From Catajapyx aquilonaris (Eukaryota), in assembly GCA_000934665.2 (NCBI GenBank), contig KZ538793.1, forward strand, positions 1-64,000: a stretch of 64,000 nt of DNA, read 5' to 3'. The first letter of the stretch is position 1, and the number at the start of each line of letters is the position of its first letter. The translations under genes and the position numbers were made by a program. Below the pieces are notes generated by a model. The model was not told the origin of the DNA. It saw nothing but the letters and a program-made list of their open reading frames with translations, and searched no databases. Below are positions 25,201 to 36,994 of this stretch, one piece after another.

Positions 25201-28200
25201 CTATGCAATTTGTTGTGAAGCAAAAGCAATCACCCTAAAAATGACGTCATACTTATTATAAATAAAATTTCAGGCAGAAAAACGAACTCAGGGGTCTGGC
25301 CTAAAAGTGAGTCATCATTGGCTTAAGTGCCTCCTATAAATCGGCCGAGTGTAGCATGGCACTAAAGCAATAACCCACCCAAGAATGAATCTGCGGTTTT
25401 AATTCGGATATGAATACATGGTGCAAACCAATTATAATACCAGTACAGCCCAGATGATTCTAAATCGTCCAGAAAGAAAACATGATTGCAATGTTGCGGG
25501 AATCCGCTTAAAAACTTCAGCTTAGCCAACTCCACCTTTTTTGGGGGCGTTTTTGCGCACATTTTTACTTGCACCAACTCGGGATGGGGTGATCAATACC
25601 CATGGTCTAGAACACCCCCACCTCGTCCCCTGGTCGGCATCAGCAGGTTCTTTATGATCACCCCTGTACATTTCAGCCGCTTCCAAATTCCGCACTATAA
25701 AGTGCGTCCCCCCCCCCTCCCCCCCTTTCNCCCCCTCCCCCCCTTTCACAAATAGATGGGTTCGAACATGGCACACTAGTGATGCGAAATTATGGGCTGC
25801 ATTTGCGGAATCCATATCATGTACACTTGGGGCGGGCATTTATTCAGCCAACATCATTCTTCTCATCAGCGGTCATTATTGGTCGCAGGGGCCAATATTA
25901 CAGCCGATATGTTCACATCCGCCAGAGGGCTCGGTTTTGATCGCATGCTGTACCAGTCAAAACCCAGTGTTGGCCCATAAGTATGGTGTATACTGTAGTT
26001 TTATATATGGAATGGGAAAACTCATCATTTTCTATGCAGGATGGGAGTCGTGTTATTGGATCAACTTAACGAGGATAATTATGGCCTTAGATGGGTTTTT
26101 GTAGCTGTGGCCAAAATGCTATCGAGCAGGCTTGTCAGATGGGAGGATTTCACCCCGGAAGCTTGGAAACACATTTATAAGTAACATGGTTCGTGTAGCA
26201 TTCATCATATTGTCATTGGAGGAAAGTCACTTTAATTCAACTATGAACTGGTGGGCGATGAAATGTGAGATTAGAGCAGGATATCACACATGATTTTAGC
26301 AATGAACACTGCTGATGAATGTTAGACTTACAACTGAAACTGCTCTTAATTAAAAGTCCTGAAATCATATCACATTGATCACTTTCACAAATTGTGCAAA
26401 AGGATTTTATTACTCGTATCCAGACAGACTGACACAGAAATGGGAACAGTTCCATTACCCTCGAAAATGGGTGATTTTTCGCTAATACAATCAAATAAAA
26501 TTGCAGGAGCAAGAGCTGGCTGATGCCTCTTATGTCATTGTTTATTTAATTAATCAGTTATGAAGGACACTGCCAGTAAACAAGACTTGGTACTTATAGG
26601 ATAAAATTCACACATTTGTCTCAAGATACCGTAACCAGGCAAGCAACTTGGCACCCTAAATGCCAAGTCTGCGTTACGCGGTCAAGTGCGTGAAATGCTA
26701 GATGATAAATAACACTTAGGACCGGTGGAGTATGAACGACACTGTGTTAGCTATTATTTACATAGAGTGGTTATCCTTATTTCACAACCCGCCCCTAAAA
26801 TCTTCAGTTCGAATTTTGGCAGATATTTGCAATTGAATTCTTCGATTTACACATATAAAAAATTCTCTAACTGTAATCTCCCTCGAATACATGCTATACA
26901 CCCAAAAGGCCCTTCTTTGTCGTTGGCCACTAAAGAAAGGGACAAAGGGCAACCTTTCCGAACCGGCCATCATCAATCTCGTCCACTTGCGAGCAGTTCA
27001 TGTGTCCTGGCCACAGACTAATAGCAGCTTGTTTGAAGGAGGGTGGGGTGCAAGGGGGTGTATGTTATAGTGGCATCCCATGCAAGAAGGGCGCCCATCC
27101 ACTATACTTAAGAGCACTTTTGATTACAACGTGTCTGATAGGGGGGTGCCCTGAAGAGTCTTGAGCAGGAGCTGGGGGACTAGTGGATTTAGTGTATGGG
27201 TGGGTGGGGATCCGTGATGCTCGATTATCAGGAGTGTATAGTGGATGAGAGGGTGTATGAGAGGAAGCCAAAGGCAATGCACTAGCCCCACTTGACGACG
27301 GCGCCCGATAAGGGTCTCCGGAAGGAGTCCGGAAGGCTCCCGAGGAAAGGCCATCTGGTAGCTACTGGTAGGTACACGAGGGATATCGCATGCTCCAAAA
27401 AGCGGCAATTTTCCCACAAGTTGCCTTTCGGCTTGTATGGCTCCCGAAGAGCTCTTATCAGACCTATTAGTGCCTTCCCAATAGCGGGAAGTGTAGAGGT
27501 CAATCGCTGGTCGCTTCCCTAGAAAGGGTGCACTATAAAGCAATATGGAGGCTGCTGACTAAATGAGCACATTTTTTGGGCTAAAAACCCGATAGGATGA
27601 CCCATAATGGTCGTCTGGATGTGATTACAAAGAGCGTCCACTCAAACTGTACAGTGGTTTTAGCGTCCACTATGGCGTGTATTAGCGCTCCCAGATAACG
27701 CTATTGTCATTTCCACCATCCCCTGACCTGCTGATAACAAGATTGGCTTGCAAAAATAGCCATGGTTCTAATCTGACTTGTAAGACGCCGGTCAAAAATG
27801 AAATAACCTTATCTAAAGACCAGTTTATGAGCTGAAAGCCCGTTATGATCCAGAAAAGCTTTCCTGGCCCAGAGTAGGCCAAACAATAACGGCTTTTGGA
27901 GGGGGGGAGGGGGGGGGGCAAGTTGTCCCTTTGGAAGGCCGTCCGTCGGGGAGACAACTTTTTGGTTCCAACTTGGCACTAGTGTAGGCGATTATGCTTA
28001 ATCATTTGGGTTGAATTTCCATGGTCTTATTTTACCGGCGACACTGATTATGTACAAGCAGAGCTCAATATTCGGAGATGCTTCATTGCCTTCTTGCTCC
28101 GGGTTCCCATTTCGCCTGTTAATCAGGAGTCGTTAAATGCGGTTTTAGCACAGGCAATTTATTGGGCTTGAGATTTAAGATGATTCATATTTGGCTTATG

Positions 28201-29824
28201 GGCCGGGGGGGTTAGTGATTTAGTTCAACTTTGGGCTTAATTAGATTTGCGCCAAACCGAAATAGGCCTTGGGTTACCCTTTTGGGAAGTGATGCACATT
28301 TTTCGATGGCCTATAGTTTTAGGTGGTTCCAGTGAGTGCAATGTTATCAACATGAACATGGATGCTTGATAGTTAAGTGCAGTCTGAAGACACTTATGGG
28401 AGTCATGGGACGAATGACTCTTAAGAGTGGTATAATAATGATGAGATCTATAAATTATACTTTCTTATCAAACCCACTGGAATTAAAGGACGTTCAGCTT
28501 AAATCAACCGGTTTTTTCAGGGGTCATTATTTTACAGTCATGGTCTCTATTCGACTGGACCTAGTCCACAATTTGTTCATTGTTGGGCGCAAATACAGAC
28601 TCAAATTGATCTGCATGTCAACAAGGAATTATTATGTTGATATCAAACAGAAGTATCCAAAGTACCTTGATATGCAATCAGATAATACAATCTGTGTTTC
28701 TGAATGAGTAGCTTTTAATACAATTTGTAGCAACCAAATAGCGGACTGGCTGGGTCTAGTATTCGTGATCGTGTAAATGACCCGTACGTGCATGCTAGGT
28801 TAAATGGTAGCAACGTTTTGATTTTATACCAGAGCAGAGCTGAAAATAAACTCAAAGCCGAGACCTTCGAACCAACAGTCTCTGCGCAAATGTCAATAAC
28901 TGACTTCTTATACAACGAAATATTTTGACCTCTAGATCTAATATTTGAAAATTTTGTTAAAGCTTCTACATATTATTAACGGGTTATTATCAAACAGATT
29001 GACTATACCACATATTCGCTGCATTATCGTAAGATTTCAGTGCTTTAAATTTTTATCTCAAAACTTAGTATATGGTTTTGTTTTGCTTGCTATCTAATGA
29101 GACCATGTAGCTTTTTAAAAGATCATTGTGTTGCTTGTGAGTGTAATTTTTATAAAAAGTGAAACTTGCTTTGTGCAACTCGGTCTTGCAGCAATTTATG
29201 CGATATTTGATAGGAACGTAGACCGACTTGCTAAATAAAAATACATTCTGGTTGTCAGCAATAATCTAGTCATTACAACCTTACAACCTGCCTGATTATG
29301 TACCGGCGGATTACATCATTACACTAAAGTTCTCAATCATTCCAGATTTATGCAGTACAATACAGCGATATACTGGGGGTGGGCACACTCGAGTACAAAG
29401 TGAAATTAATGACGTCACTTAGAAAACGTGTCCAGACTTTATTCCCCATATGAATGGTCCTCTATAAGTTTGTAACCATTTGCTATCTAATGGGAACATT
29501 AGGAGCAATATATCCTACAGTAGACTACTATATTATATACAATATAATTAATGCAGTGTCGCAATAGTAAAAGACACAACTTATTGGATATGTAGGCCTA
29601 ATAAAATTTTATATGGAGTCTTACCATTATGGCAGTGAAATTATCTCCGCACAATATAACAGGTTCATTTCAGTTCACTAATGAAATGACACACCATATC
29701 ATGTTGCTTTGATGCAATCAAGATTATAGAGAGTGATCTGATACTATTACTAATGGCGGTTTATACAAGTACAAGGCAACCTATATGAGAGTCAGGGTTC
29801 CACATATCATCATGATTGCAACTA

Positions 29825-30477
29825 CAGGGTGTCCCACAAATTACGCTACCCAGAATTACTTCCATGACATCAACACAAAATGAAGATATTGCAACGAAAT
29901 TAGAACTGAACTAACCTTGTCATGTGTGATTTGAAATGGCATCACAACATGTGTTGGAAATGGCCACCATTAGCGGCCAGGCAGGTCTCAACACAGCGCG
30001 ACATATTTTGGAATGTTCTGCCCAGCATATCCTGCGGTACTGCCTGAATTTCCTGGACGATGTTGTCATTCAAGGCCTGGATGGACCGTGGATTGTTGCG
30101 GTACACTCTTCCTATCAGAAAGCCACATAAGAAGTAATCAGGTGGCCACAGTCCCTTCGAAATGACTCGGTCGCCGAAGAAGGACTTGATTTCGGCCATG
30201 CTGACATGTGATGTGTGGCATGTCGCCCCATCCTGTTGACAGGTTTGGGCCACGTTTGGATCAGGAAGCAAGGACATCCGCCGTGCGCCACTGCTCAGGG
30301 GGCGTCTGGCCGATTCGTCGCTCCGGAGTCAGTATTACAGCACCCACATTTGACAGACCAATTCCAATTCCTATCTCACGTGTTGAGGTTGCTTGAGTTC
30401 AAATTCCGTTGCAATATCGTCATTTGTGTTACAGTTATTAATGTAATTCTGGGTAGCGCAATTTGTGGGACACCCTG
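29825..30477 (-). mobile_element. internally deleted Tc1/mariner transposon in eve intron 1
   Basis: TA|CAGGGTGTCCCACAAATTACGCTACCCAGAATTAC ... GTAATTCTGGGTAGCGCAATTTGTGGGACACCCTG|TA; carries a transposase fragment. Confidence 0.93.
29942..30240 (-). pseudogene. Tc1/mariner transposase C-terminal fragment (rosa/maT-like)
   Basis: QQDGATCHT...FGDRVISKGLWPP^DYFLCG...NGGHFQHML; the usual RSPDLxP segment after WPP is deleted and the N-terminus is missing. Confidence 0.9.
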
Positions 30478-31553
30478 TATTAGGCTTACCCCCACTTGTG
30501 GGCAATAACTGCTGCATAACTTTCAAGGGTATGGTAACCTTTGAAGCACAAGATCAACATTAGTATCTGCCTGATTGTGACTTATTCATAATTCAATATT
30601 TTGCAGGTCTGAAGAAACCAGAAATGTATAGGAAGTTATATCTTATTTGTATGACTTATAAATCATCCCAAAAATCTGGTGGATGGAGGGGGTAGTTTGC
30701 GTGCTGAGTTCTAGCCTACTTTGCCTTCACTTGAGCCACGTTAGGCCGTAATGATTACAGGGACGTCAATATTTCCAGGTATAACCGGTTTCCGAGTTGC
30801 TAATGTCACCACAGTTAGCTGGCTATAAAAATTAATACTATGATATGAGCATGCCTATAACAACAAATGGTATAACCCATTGACCGTTACAAGAAAAGAA
30901 CATATTCATATAAGTTTAATGATGAAGGAGTTGGGTATACCTTTTTAAAAATATTACTCGAAAATTTTCTATACATTTCCATGATCGTTTTAAAACCTTT
31001 TAATTCGCAAATGCCGGTAAAGTACGTAATACAATGATGCGCAATGGATAAAATAATCTGGAACTTGCCCTGCGTGACACCGTACCATCGTTGACTATTA
31101 TTCGAGAAATCCGTGATTACAATTTTACAAGTTCGTCAGGTAGCCCCCAGAAAAGGCTAGATTACATCTCGTTATGCCTTTTTTTTGCCCAGAAATGTTA
31201 TTTATGGCAGATGATAATGCTTTTACTGATTGCAAGTGCAAAAAGTAATGAGTGAGTTCTCAGTAGACTGGAAATTGGGCAGCCAGTGCTGATACACGAA
31301 AACTATTAAACTAAATCTGGCAGAACAACTTGAACCACCTTTCTTTGATACATCACAGATTAACAAAGCCTTACAAGTATGATAACCACCTTTTTCTGGC
31401 AATTAGCACAAGAGTACTTTATATGATGAAGGCATCGACCTCATTACTCATTGCACCAAAATAGATACAGATACAGATTGAAACATAGTCCCAATTCATA
31501 TATCGTATATCACTTGGAACGATTCTTAAAATTCTGTGATTTTGTATTTTCAG

Positions 31554-31726
31554 ATGGCAGTGGTACCGGTGCACCTCCCGAGCCCAGCATTAGGCGATAT
31601 CGCACTGCCTTCACTAGAGAGCAACTAGGACGCCTAGAGAAGGAGTTTTACAAGGAAAACTATGTATCCCGGCCTAGAAGGTGTGAACTGGCAGCACAGC
31701 TCAACCTCCCAGAAAGCACAATTAAG
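31554..31726 (+). CDS. eve: even-skipped exon 2 (homeodomain to K46: [48 protein letters not shown])
   Basis: Diagnostic Eve/Evx homeodomain sequence; acceptor tttgtattttcAG|; donor AAG|GTAAGC at 31727 (phase 0). Confidence 0.98.
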
Positions 31727-33178
31727 GTAAGCACACTAAGAGACAAACAAAGGTTTGTTTCCATGCATGGCCAGCATCCTTGAATTGTATATTATAGTCA
31801 CGGCAAGCACAGGCAGAGAGGCGCAGGTCAGTAAATTACACATACAGATGATATTTAATTTGAAAATGTCAACAAACAACTTGTACATATACATCACATG
31901 GGTATCGCCATGTTTGGCCCAGATCAAAATACCGAAAAGACACTGCATATTTCTCGAAAAAAATGCAGGTGTTCTGATCTCATAACATTCTTCTGGAAAG
32001 ATTCCGAAGCCCATCGAGATAAAAGGCGCGGGAAAAATGAGTGGTGGCAACGGCGCATCAGAACTCGCTAACTGCTTCTTAGGTGTAATTATGAGGGTGC
32101 TAATAGTGACTGCGAACGCTCCACCCTACTGCCAAAGCGGCTGACTACAAAGCACCAGCACATTTCTTTGTATACCGGACCTACCTACTCCCCGTCCATC
32201 AGGCCTTTTTACCACACCACACAGATTGTGCCACATACCGGTACTCCTTATATTCCAACCGGAGTTTTTATGTGCAACCAGGCCCTTCCTGCTAATTGAC
32301 CATGTTACTGGGATCCCCCACTTTTCATCATTAATGATCAAATTATTAGCATGGTGGCTGCCGTTGGTTGCAGAGGATCTTCGACTCCATTTGATCTGGA
32401 GAGAGTTGTACCCTAGACTCATTTGGCAAAACTTGAGAAATGAGTCCCCTCTTCTTTGCTGGATTTATGGCCTGCCACGCCCTTTGTTGTCAAAGGGCTC
32501 GAATTTCCCCACATTTCCTCCCCTTGCACGAGAGATGCCAACAACCACTGACCTTCGCAGTGGCGTGCCGCGTCCATTAGTGAAACACTGCTTGTCATCT
32601 ACCCAGCCTTGCCGTCTTCTGTTGTCACAGCTCGAAAAGGACATTTTCCTTATACCAGGAATCCAGGATCCCTTATCCGAATGCCACCCCCTGTGCAACC
32701 CAAACGAGCCTCTTAAGGGGTGTTTGAGTTTCCGTAGAGGGTGGCATGCAGATAAGCGGACCACATACACATGGGTGGATACGGGCTCCTAATCATCTTT
32801 GGAAATGTGGTGCTAATTGTTTATTGCTGAAGGTGTAATGAAGCCGCATCCTGCTCAGGCAGCCCTGCCTCAAAATGGCGCAAGTACTGGGCCTGACCCC
32901 GTCGGAAGCGTCACGTACCGCTTTCCGATTATGGTTTTACTGCTTGAAAAGCCTCCCTTTGGGAGAACAGTGCTAATGTCACGCGAGATGTTAGTAGCTG
33001 TCTAGGTGCAAAGCGAATCCATTATTCCTGTCATACTCCGCGGGGGCTTGTGAAAATTTATTGTGCAGTGCCCAGTCGGCTACTGGTCACCTCCACCGGC
33101 AGGTTCGCACACGTTGCGAGCGTGACCCCATCGAAATACCGATGAGATATTTTGGTGGTACCTCAACAGACAGATGTG

Positions 33179-33250
33179 AAGGTGTGTTCCGAAGCTGGCG
33201 GGTTTTGGAGCGAATTCGCTCCAAAACCCGCCAGCTTCGGAACACACCTT
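33179..33250. repeat. 72-bp perfect palindrome in eve intron 2 (collapsed Harbinger-like MITE)
   Basis: aaggtgtgttccgaagctggcgggttttggagcgaa|ttcgctccaaaacccgccagcttcggaacacacctt, no mismatch or spacer; TGA/TAA at the edges. Confidence 0.9.
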
Positions 33251-33948
33251 AAACCTTGAGCTTTGACTGCAACTGCGTTATTCCAGTCGCATTCAACCGA
33301 TTTGGTAGCGAATGCTAATTGGTCCCTGACAGCACATGGTTCTTGTCCCCCTCAGGCATCAGGAAGTGGTGAAGGGCCCCAGAACTTCAAGCGGCCGTGG
33401 TGTAAACGGTTTCGGCGGGCCGCAGGGTGTGAATGTGTATCACATTGCTGGGCTTCACCCGCCCCCACCCTTTTCCTCTGAACTTGGCCGCCTTTCGGCA
33501 CCACCAACAAACGGCTCTTAATCGACAACTAACAGCATCCATTAGCTAGCGGTCGACTAAGATTACCAACTGCCGCCATGCACCAGGCCTCATTAGGCTA
33601 CTTTAACCCATGTCTGCCCAATGCCATCCTTTTCAAAGCTTGGATTTGATGCGACAGCCTGTGGGCCTACTTATTTGGAATGGCATCACTTTTCCGAACC
33701 AGACTCAGGGGGTGGATACCAACCAAATGGGTTGTAGGTCCGTCATGTAGGACCGGTTGTTTTATCTATAAGAATTCCGCTTCACGTGTTAGGTTACAAG
33801 CATCGGAGTCACGAATCCCGATATCGGCCATACCGGATCAATTGCAGGTGAAAGGGACTGAATTTGAGAGAGTTTCAGAAAATTCCTTTCCTACAGATCG
33901 TGCTTTTAGTAAAATTTATGTACAATGAAACTTGATTTGGTTCCACAG

Positions 33949-34611
33949 GTGTGGTTCCAGAACCGACGAATGAAGGACAAGAGGCAGAGGATGGCCATGG
34001 CGTGGCCGTACGCGGACCCAGCATTCGCGGCCTACCTGCTACAGGCAGCAGCCAGCGGTGCTGCCAGCTACCCCTACTCCTTGCCGGCCGGCGCTGCAGC
34101 TGCAGCAGCCGCGGCCCCGTTTGGATACTACAGCGCCCTAGGTCTGAACCGATACTCGCCCTACAACCTGCCCCTGAGACCGCAACCTAACATGCTCAGC
34201 CCGCCCGCCTACCTCCGAGCCGTGCCGGCCAGCGAGCCGCTTCCGCCCGTACCGCCCCCAGCAGCCGTACCGCCATCCGTCGTGCCCCCACCCTCGGTCA
34301 CGGCTACTACCTCCTCTTCAGCACCTATGGTCAGCGGTCACTTCACGGCCTGCCCGGCACCGGCTGGACATACGGCAGCAGCGGCAGCGGCGGCCGCGGC
34401 AGCTGCTGCGGCTGCTTCCGACGCTGCCGCATGCCGCTGCAGCCTTTTCTACCCCAGCTTGGGCATGACTGTGACTACCACCAGCTTACCTAGAAGTCCG
34501 GTACCTTGTACGACGCAGGGTCATCAGGCACCCCCACAAGAGCAGCCTCGACCGCCGCCACCGCCCACGCTTTTCCAGCCCTACAAGTCAGATGTCTCCG
34601 AAAGAGCGTGA
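33949..34611 (+). CDS. eve: even-skipped exon 3 ([26 protein letters not shown] motif, Ala/Pro-rich repression region, C-terminal LFQPYK, stop)
   Basis: Acceptor ttggttccacAG| followed by helix 3 [14 protein letters not shown] in phase 0; runs of 7 and 14 Ala; LFQPYKSD matches the Groucho-binding LFKPY motif of Drosophila Eve; TGA at 34609-34611. Confidence 0.98.
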   Translation: MWFQNRRMKDKRQRMAMAWPYADPAFAAYLLQAAASGAASYPYSLPAGAAAAAAAAPFGYYSALGLNRYSPYNLPLRPQPNMLSPPAYLRAVPASEPLPPVPPPAAVPPSVVPPPSVTATTSSSAPMVSGHFTACPAPAGHTAAAAAAAAAAAAAASDAAACRCSLFYPSLGMTVTTTSLPRSPVPCTTQGHQAPPQEQPRPPPPPTLFQPYKSDVSERA

Positions 34612-34833
34612 GGATCAAGTTTTTTGCTGCATATTCTCGTCGTTTTGGCCAGCAACGCAGAGCAAAACTATATTATTCATATTATTGGCTGCTCCTCAGT
34701 GTACATAGTTCTTCATAGAACCACCCTATACATCCGCGTTAAAGGGGAGTTCAGATTGAGCCACGGCAGCCCATGTAGGCATTTATGTCACGCTGAATGT
34801 TATTGCAGCATGCAAAATATCCGCTGATTGTTT

Positions 34834-34839
34834 ATTAAA
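34834..34839 (+). terminator. candidate eve polyadenylation signal (ATTAAA)
   Basis: ATTAAA about 220 bp after the stop and before the SINE at 34969; no transcript evidence. Confidence 0.3.
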
Positions 34840-34968
34840 AGTGATCAATATATGGGGCCATTCTATCTCAACTCTGACGATGTTGGCCATGACCATTTTG
34901 AATTTTGCTGAAAAATTTGTGAGTGAAATACAAAGATTGCCTATTGCCCAATACCAAATATTTTCAAC

Positions 34969-35313
34969 GAGGAGGTGTGGTGACCGAGATGATAACGTCT
35001 CGGCTTGCTGAGTGAAAGGTCCCAGGTTCGATCCCCGCCTGGGAGTTCCCTTCCACCTGCGCCAGGAGGGTCTCTGACCCGCGCCTTGGAGGTGTCTGGC
35101 AACCTATAACCTCCTGGGGAGCAGCACATGGCCCAATAGCCGACATTGCACCTGCACCCATGTTCCCTCCCAAAAAATCTGCATCCTTATACCCCATGTC
35201 CATTCATCCTTGCACCGGAGTTAGAAGAAAAATTACAGAAAATTTAAGGGAAAATGGTGGTATTCCACCACCCTAAAAGGGCATCTGGCCCTATCACGGG
35301 GTAGCGTTTAATA
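34969..35313 (+). mobile_element. tRNA-derived SINE (head C, domain Y, tail T2)
   Basis: A-box-like ggtgaccgagatgat, B-box GGTTCGATCCCC; tail aaatggtggtattccacc; TSD aaatattttcaac / aaataatttcaac (12/13). Confidence 0.85.
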
Positions 35314-36915
35314 AAATAATTTCAACACTGAAATAATGGTCAGGACCCAACTTGTGAGTTGAGATAGAATGACCCAGCTGCTATGGAATGACAGTCATGA
35401 TGTATATATGGACTCCTCAGAACAGATGGTATTGATCTCAACACTGCCTCACATTTGCGCTATTTGGATGGTGCTACAGGCTATACACACAGAAATAAAG
35501 TCATACAGATTATTATTGTATTGTGTGACAAAAGTGTCGAACATTTTAAATCGATGTATCCCATAGAATTCCGATCAGTTTCTGTCGATATCTAATTATG
35601 TACCATAATGACTCCAAATGCCGACCGTGGAAGTGTGCGAGGTTCGTCACCCTGTTACTGTATAGTGTTATGTAACAATTCATTTCCTTGCCAATATTTT
35701 CCTATACTTTACTGGGCTCATCTCGACACCGTTAATTCCAATCATTCCCTTCCGAGTTGACGTTATTGCAGCGGCGCTTCGTTAGAATTGTGTTCATTTA
35801 GCCAACGGCATAAAACGTGCTGCCCTTTCGCCCAGGTTTAGGTACCTATAAGAGGTCGCGCTAACAAACAGCAGTTAGTATTGATAGTGGTTCCATGTAG
35901 TTTCAAATATCCAGCCACAATTGGATAGCAATTTTGCTGATCTCAAGTGATAACGTGATCCAATTCCGTTGGCAAAATTCTTTTTTCAGTCATTAATTAA
36001 GGCCCGGTTGGCATAAAGTCAAATGAAAGGAAAATCTATGATTATCTCTCAATTTGAGTCTATACAACCGGGCACAAATGGGCATCATTCCTGATTTAAT
36101 CCTCGCATCCAATCCAGGGTTTCCGCCATTATTATCAAATCATCGCTCATGAGGTCATCTGACCACATGGTTCCCTCGTATAACCGCTAGATTCTCAAAC
36201 AATTTACGTTTGGTTCGCATCTGATTTTTGTAGCCAACCTCGTGCTAAACCGTTCTTTTCCAACGCCACTGACAACCCGTCAAGTGAGAGTGACCTCCAG
36301 TTGACCCCCCCGTCAAGATCGTGATTTGCATGCAGTGAATCCACCTGCTAGGCGCCTGCAGTATACACTATACATAGGAGCATCAATGTATGTGGGTATG
36401 ACGTGCATGACAGAGCAATTGTAAGTTTACCCGAGCGAAGAAGCAATGGAAGGAACAGTTGCACCAAGTGCCATTTGACAGCGTCTCGTTTTTCCTTTAA
36501 TTTTTTTTAACGTTCTTTTACGGCCGTGCACGGCACTAGTCGAAACATGTTAATTGGAGGACATGAAATTGGTTGGAGTGAAACCCGATATAGGCTATCG
36601 GTAGCAGGCAACAGGATCTGATCGCTTTACAATGGGGGAGGGTGGGGGCAGATCCATCGAGGGTGAACCATGCCCGCGGGCCAAAGCCATCTCCTTTTGT
36701 CCGGACCAGGGGCTAACTCGGGGCTAATAAAGAGGTTCCGCTTTGACACGAAAGGTTGCCGTCGTAAAAGCCTGTTAGGGATCAGGGGGTCTACGGGAAT
36801 AACACCCGCACTTGTGCCTGGTTTTTCCCCTTCACATTCTTGTCTCATTGGCTCAATCATCGCATTGTGAGCGGGGAAAAGGGCGGTCGAATTTACCTCT
36901 TCAAAAGACATGAGA

Positions 36916-36994
36916 GCCTCGATAGCTCAGTGGGTAAGAGCGTCCCCATCGAAACCGTTGGGGAAGGCCCCGGGTTCGAATCCCGGTCGAGGTT
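36916..36994 (+). tRNA. tRNA-like cloverleaf with aberrant (extended) anticodon arm; pseudo-tRNA or SINE head
   Basis: Acceptor GCCTCGA/TCGAGGT, D-stem GCTC/GAGC, T-arm CCGGG-TTCGAAT-CCCGG, followed by TTTT; anticodon stem TCCCC/GGGGA encloses 12 nt instead of 7. Confidence 0.6.

Noticed and set aside
31451..31553. N-terminal part of the 110-aa homeobox ORF and its read-through to 31783
   Set aside because: Intronic sequence outside the AG/GT splice sites; not a single-exon gene.
32226..32792. 188-aa ORF in eve intron 2
   Set aside because: Non-ATG start, no homology, no convincing splice sites.
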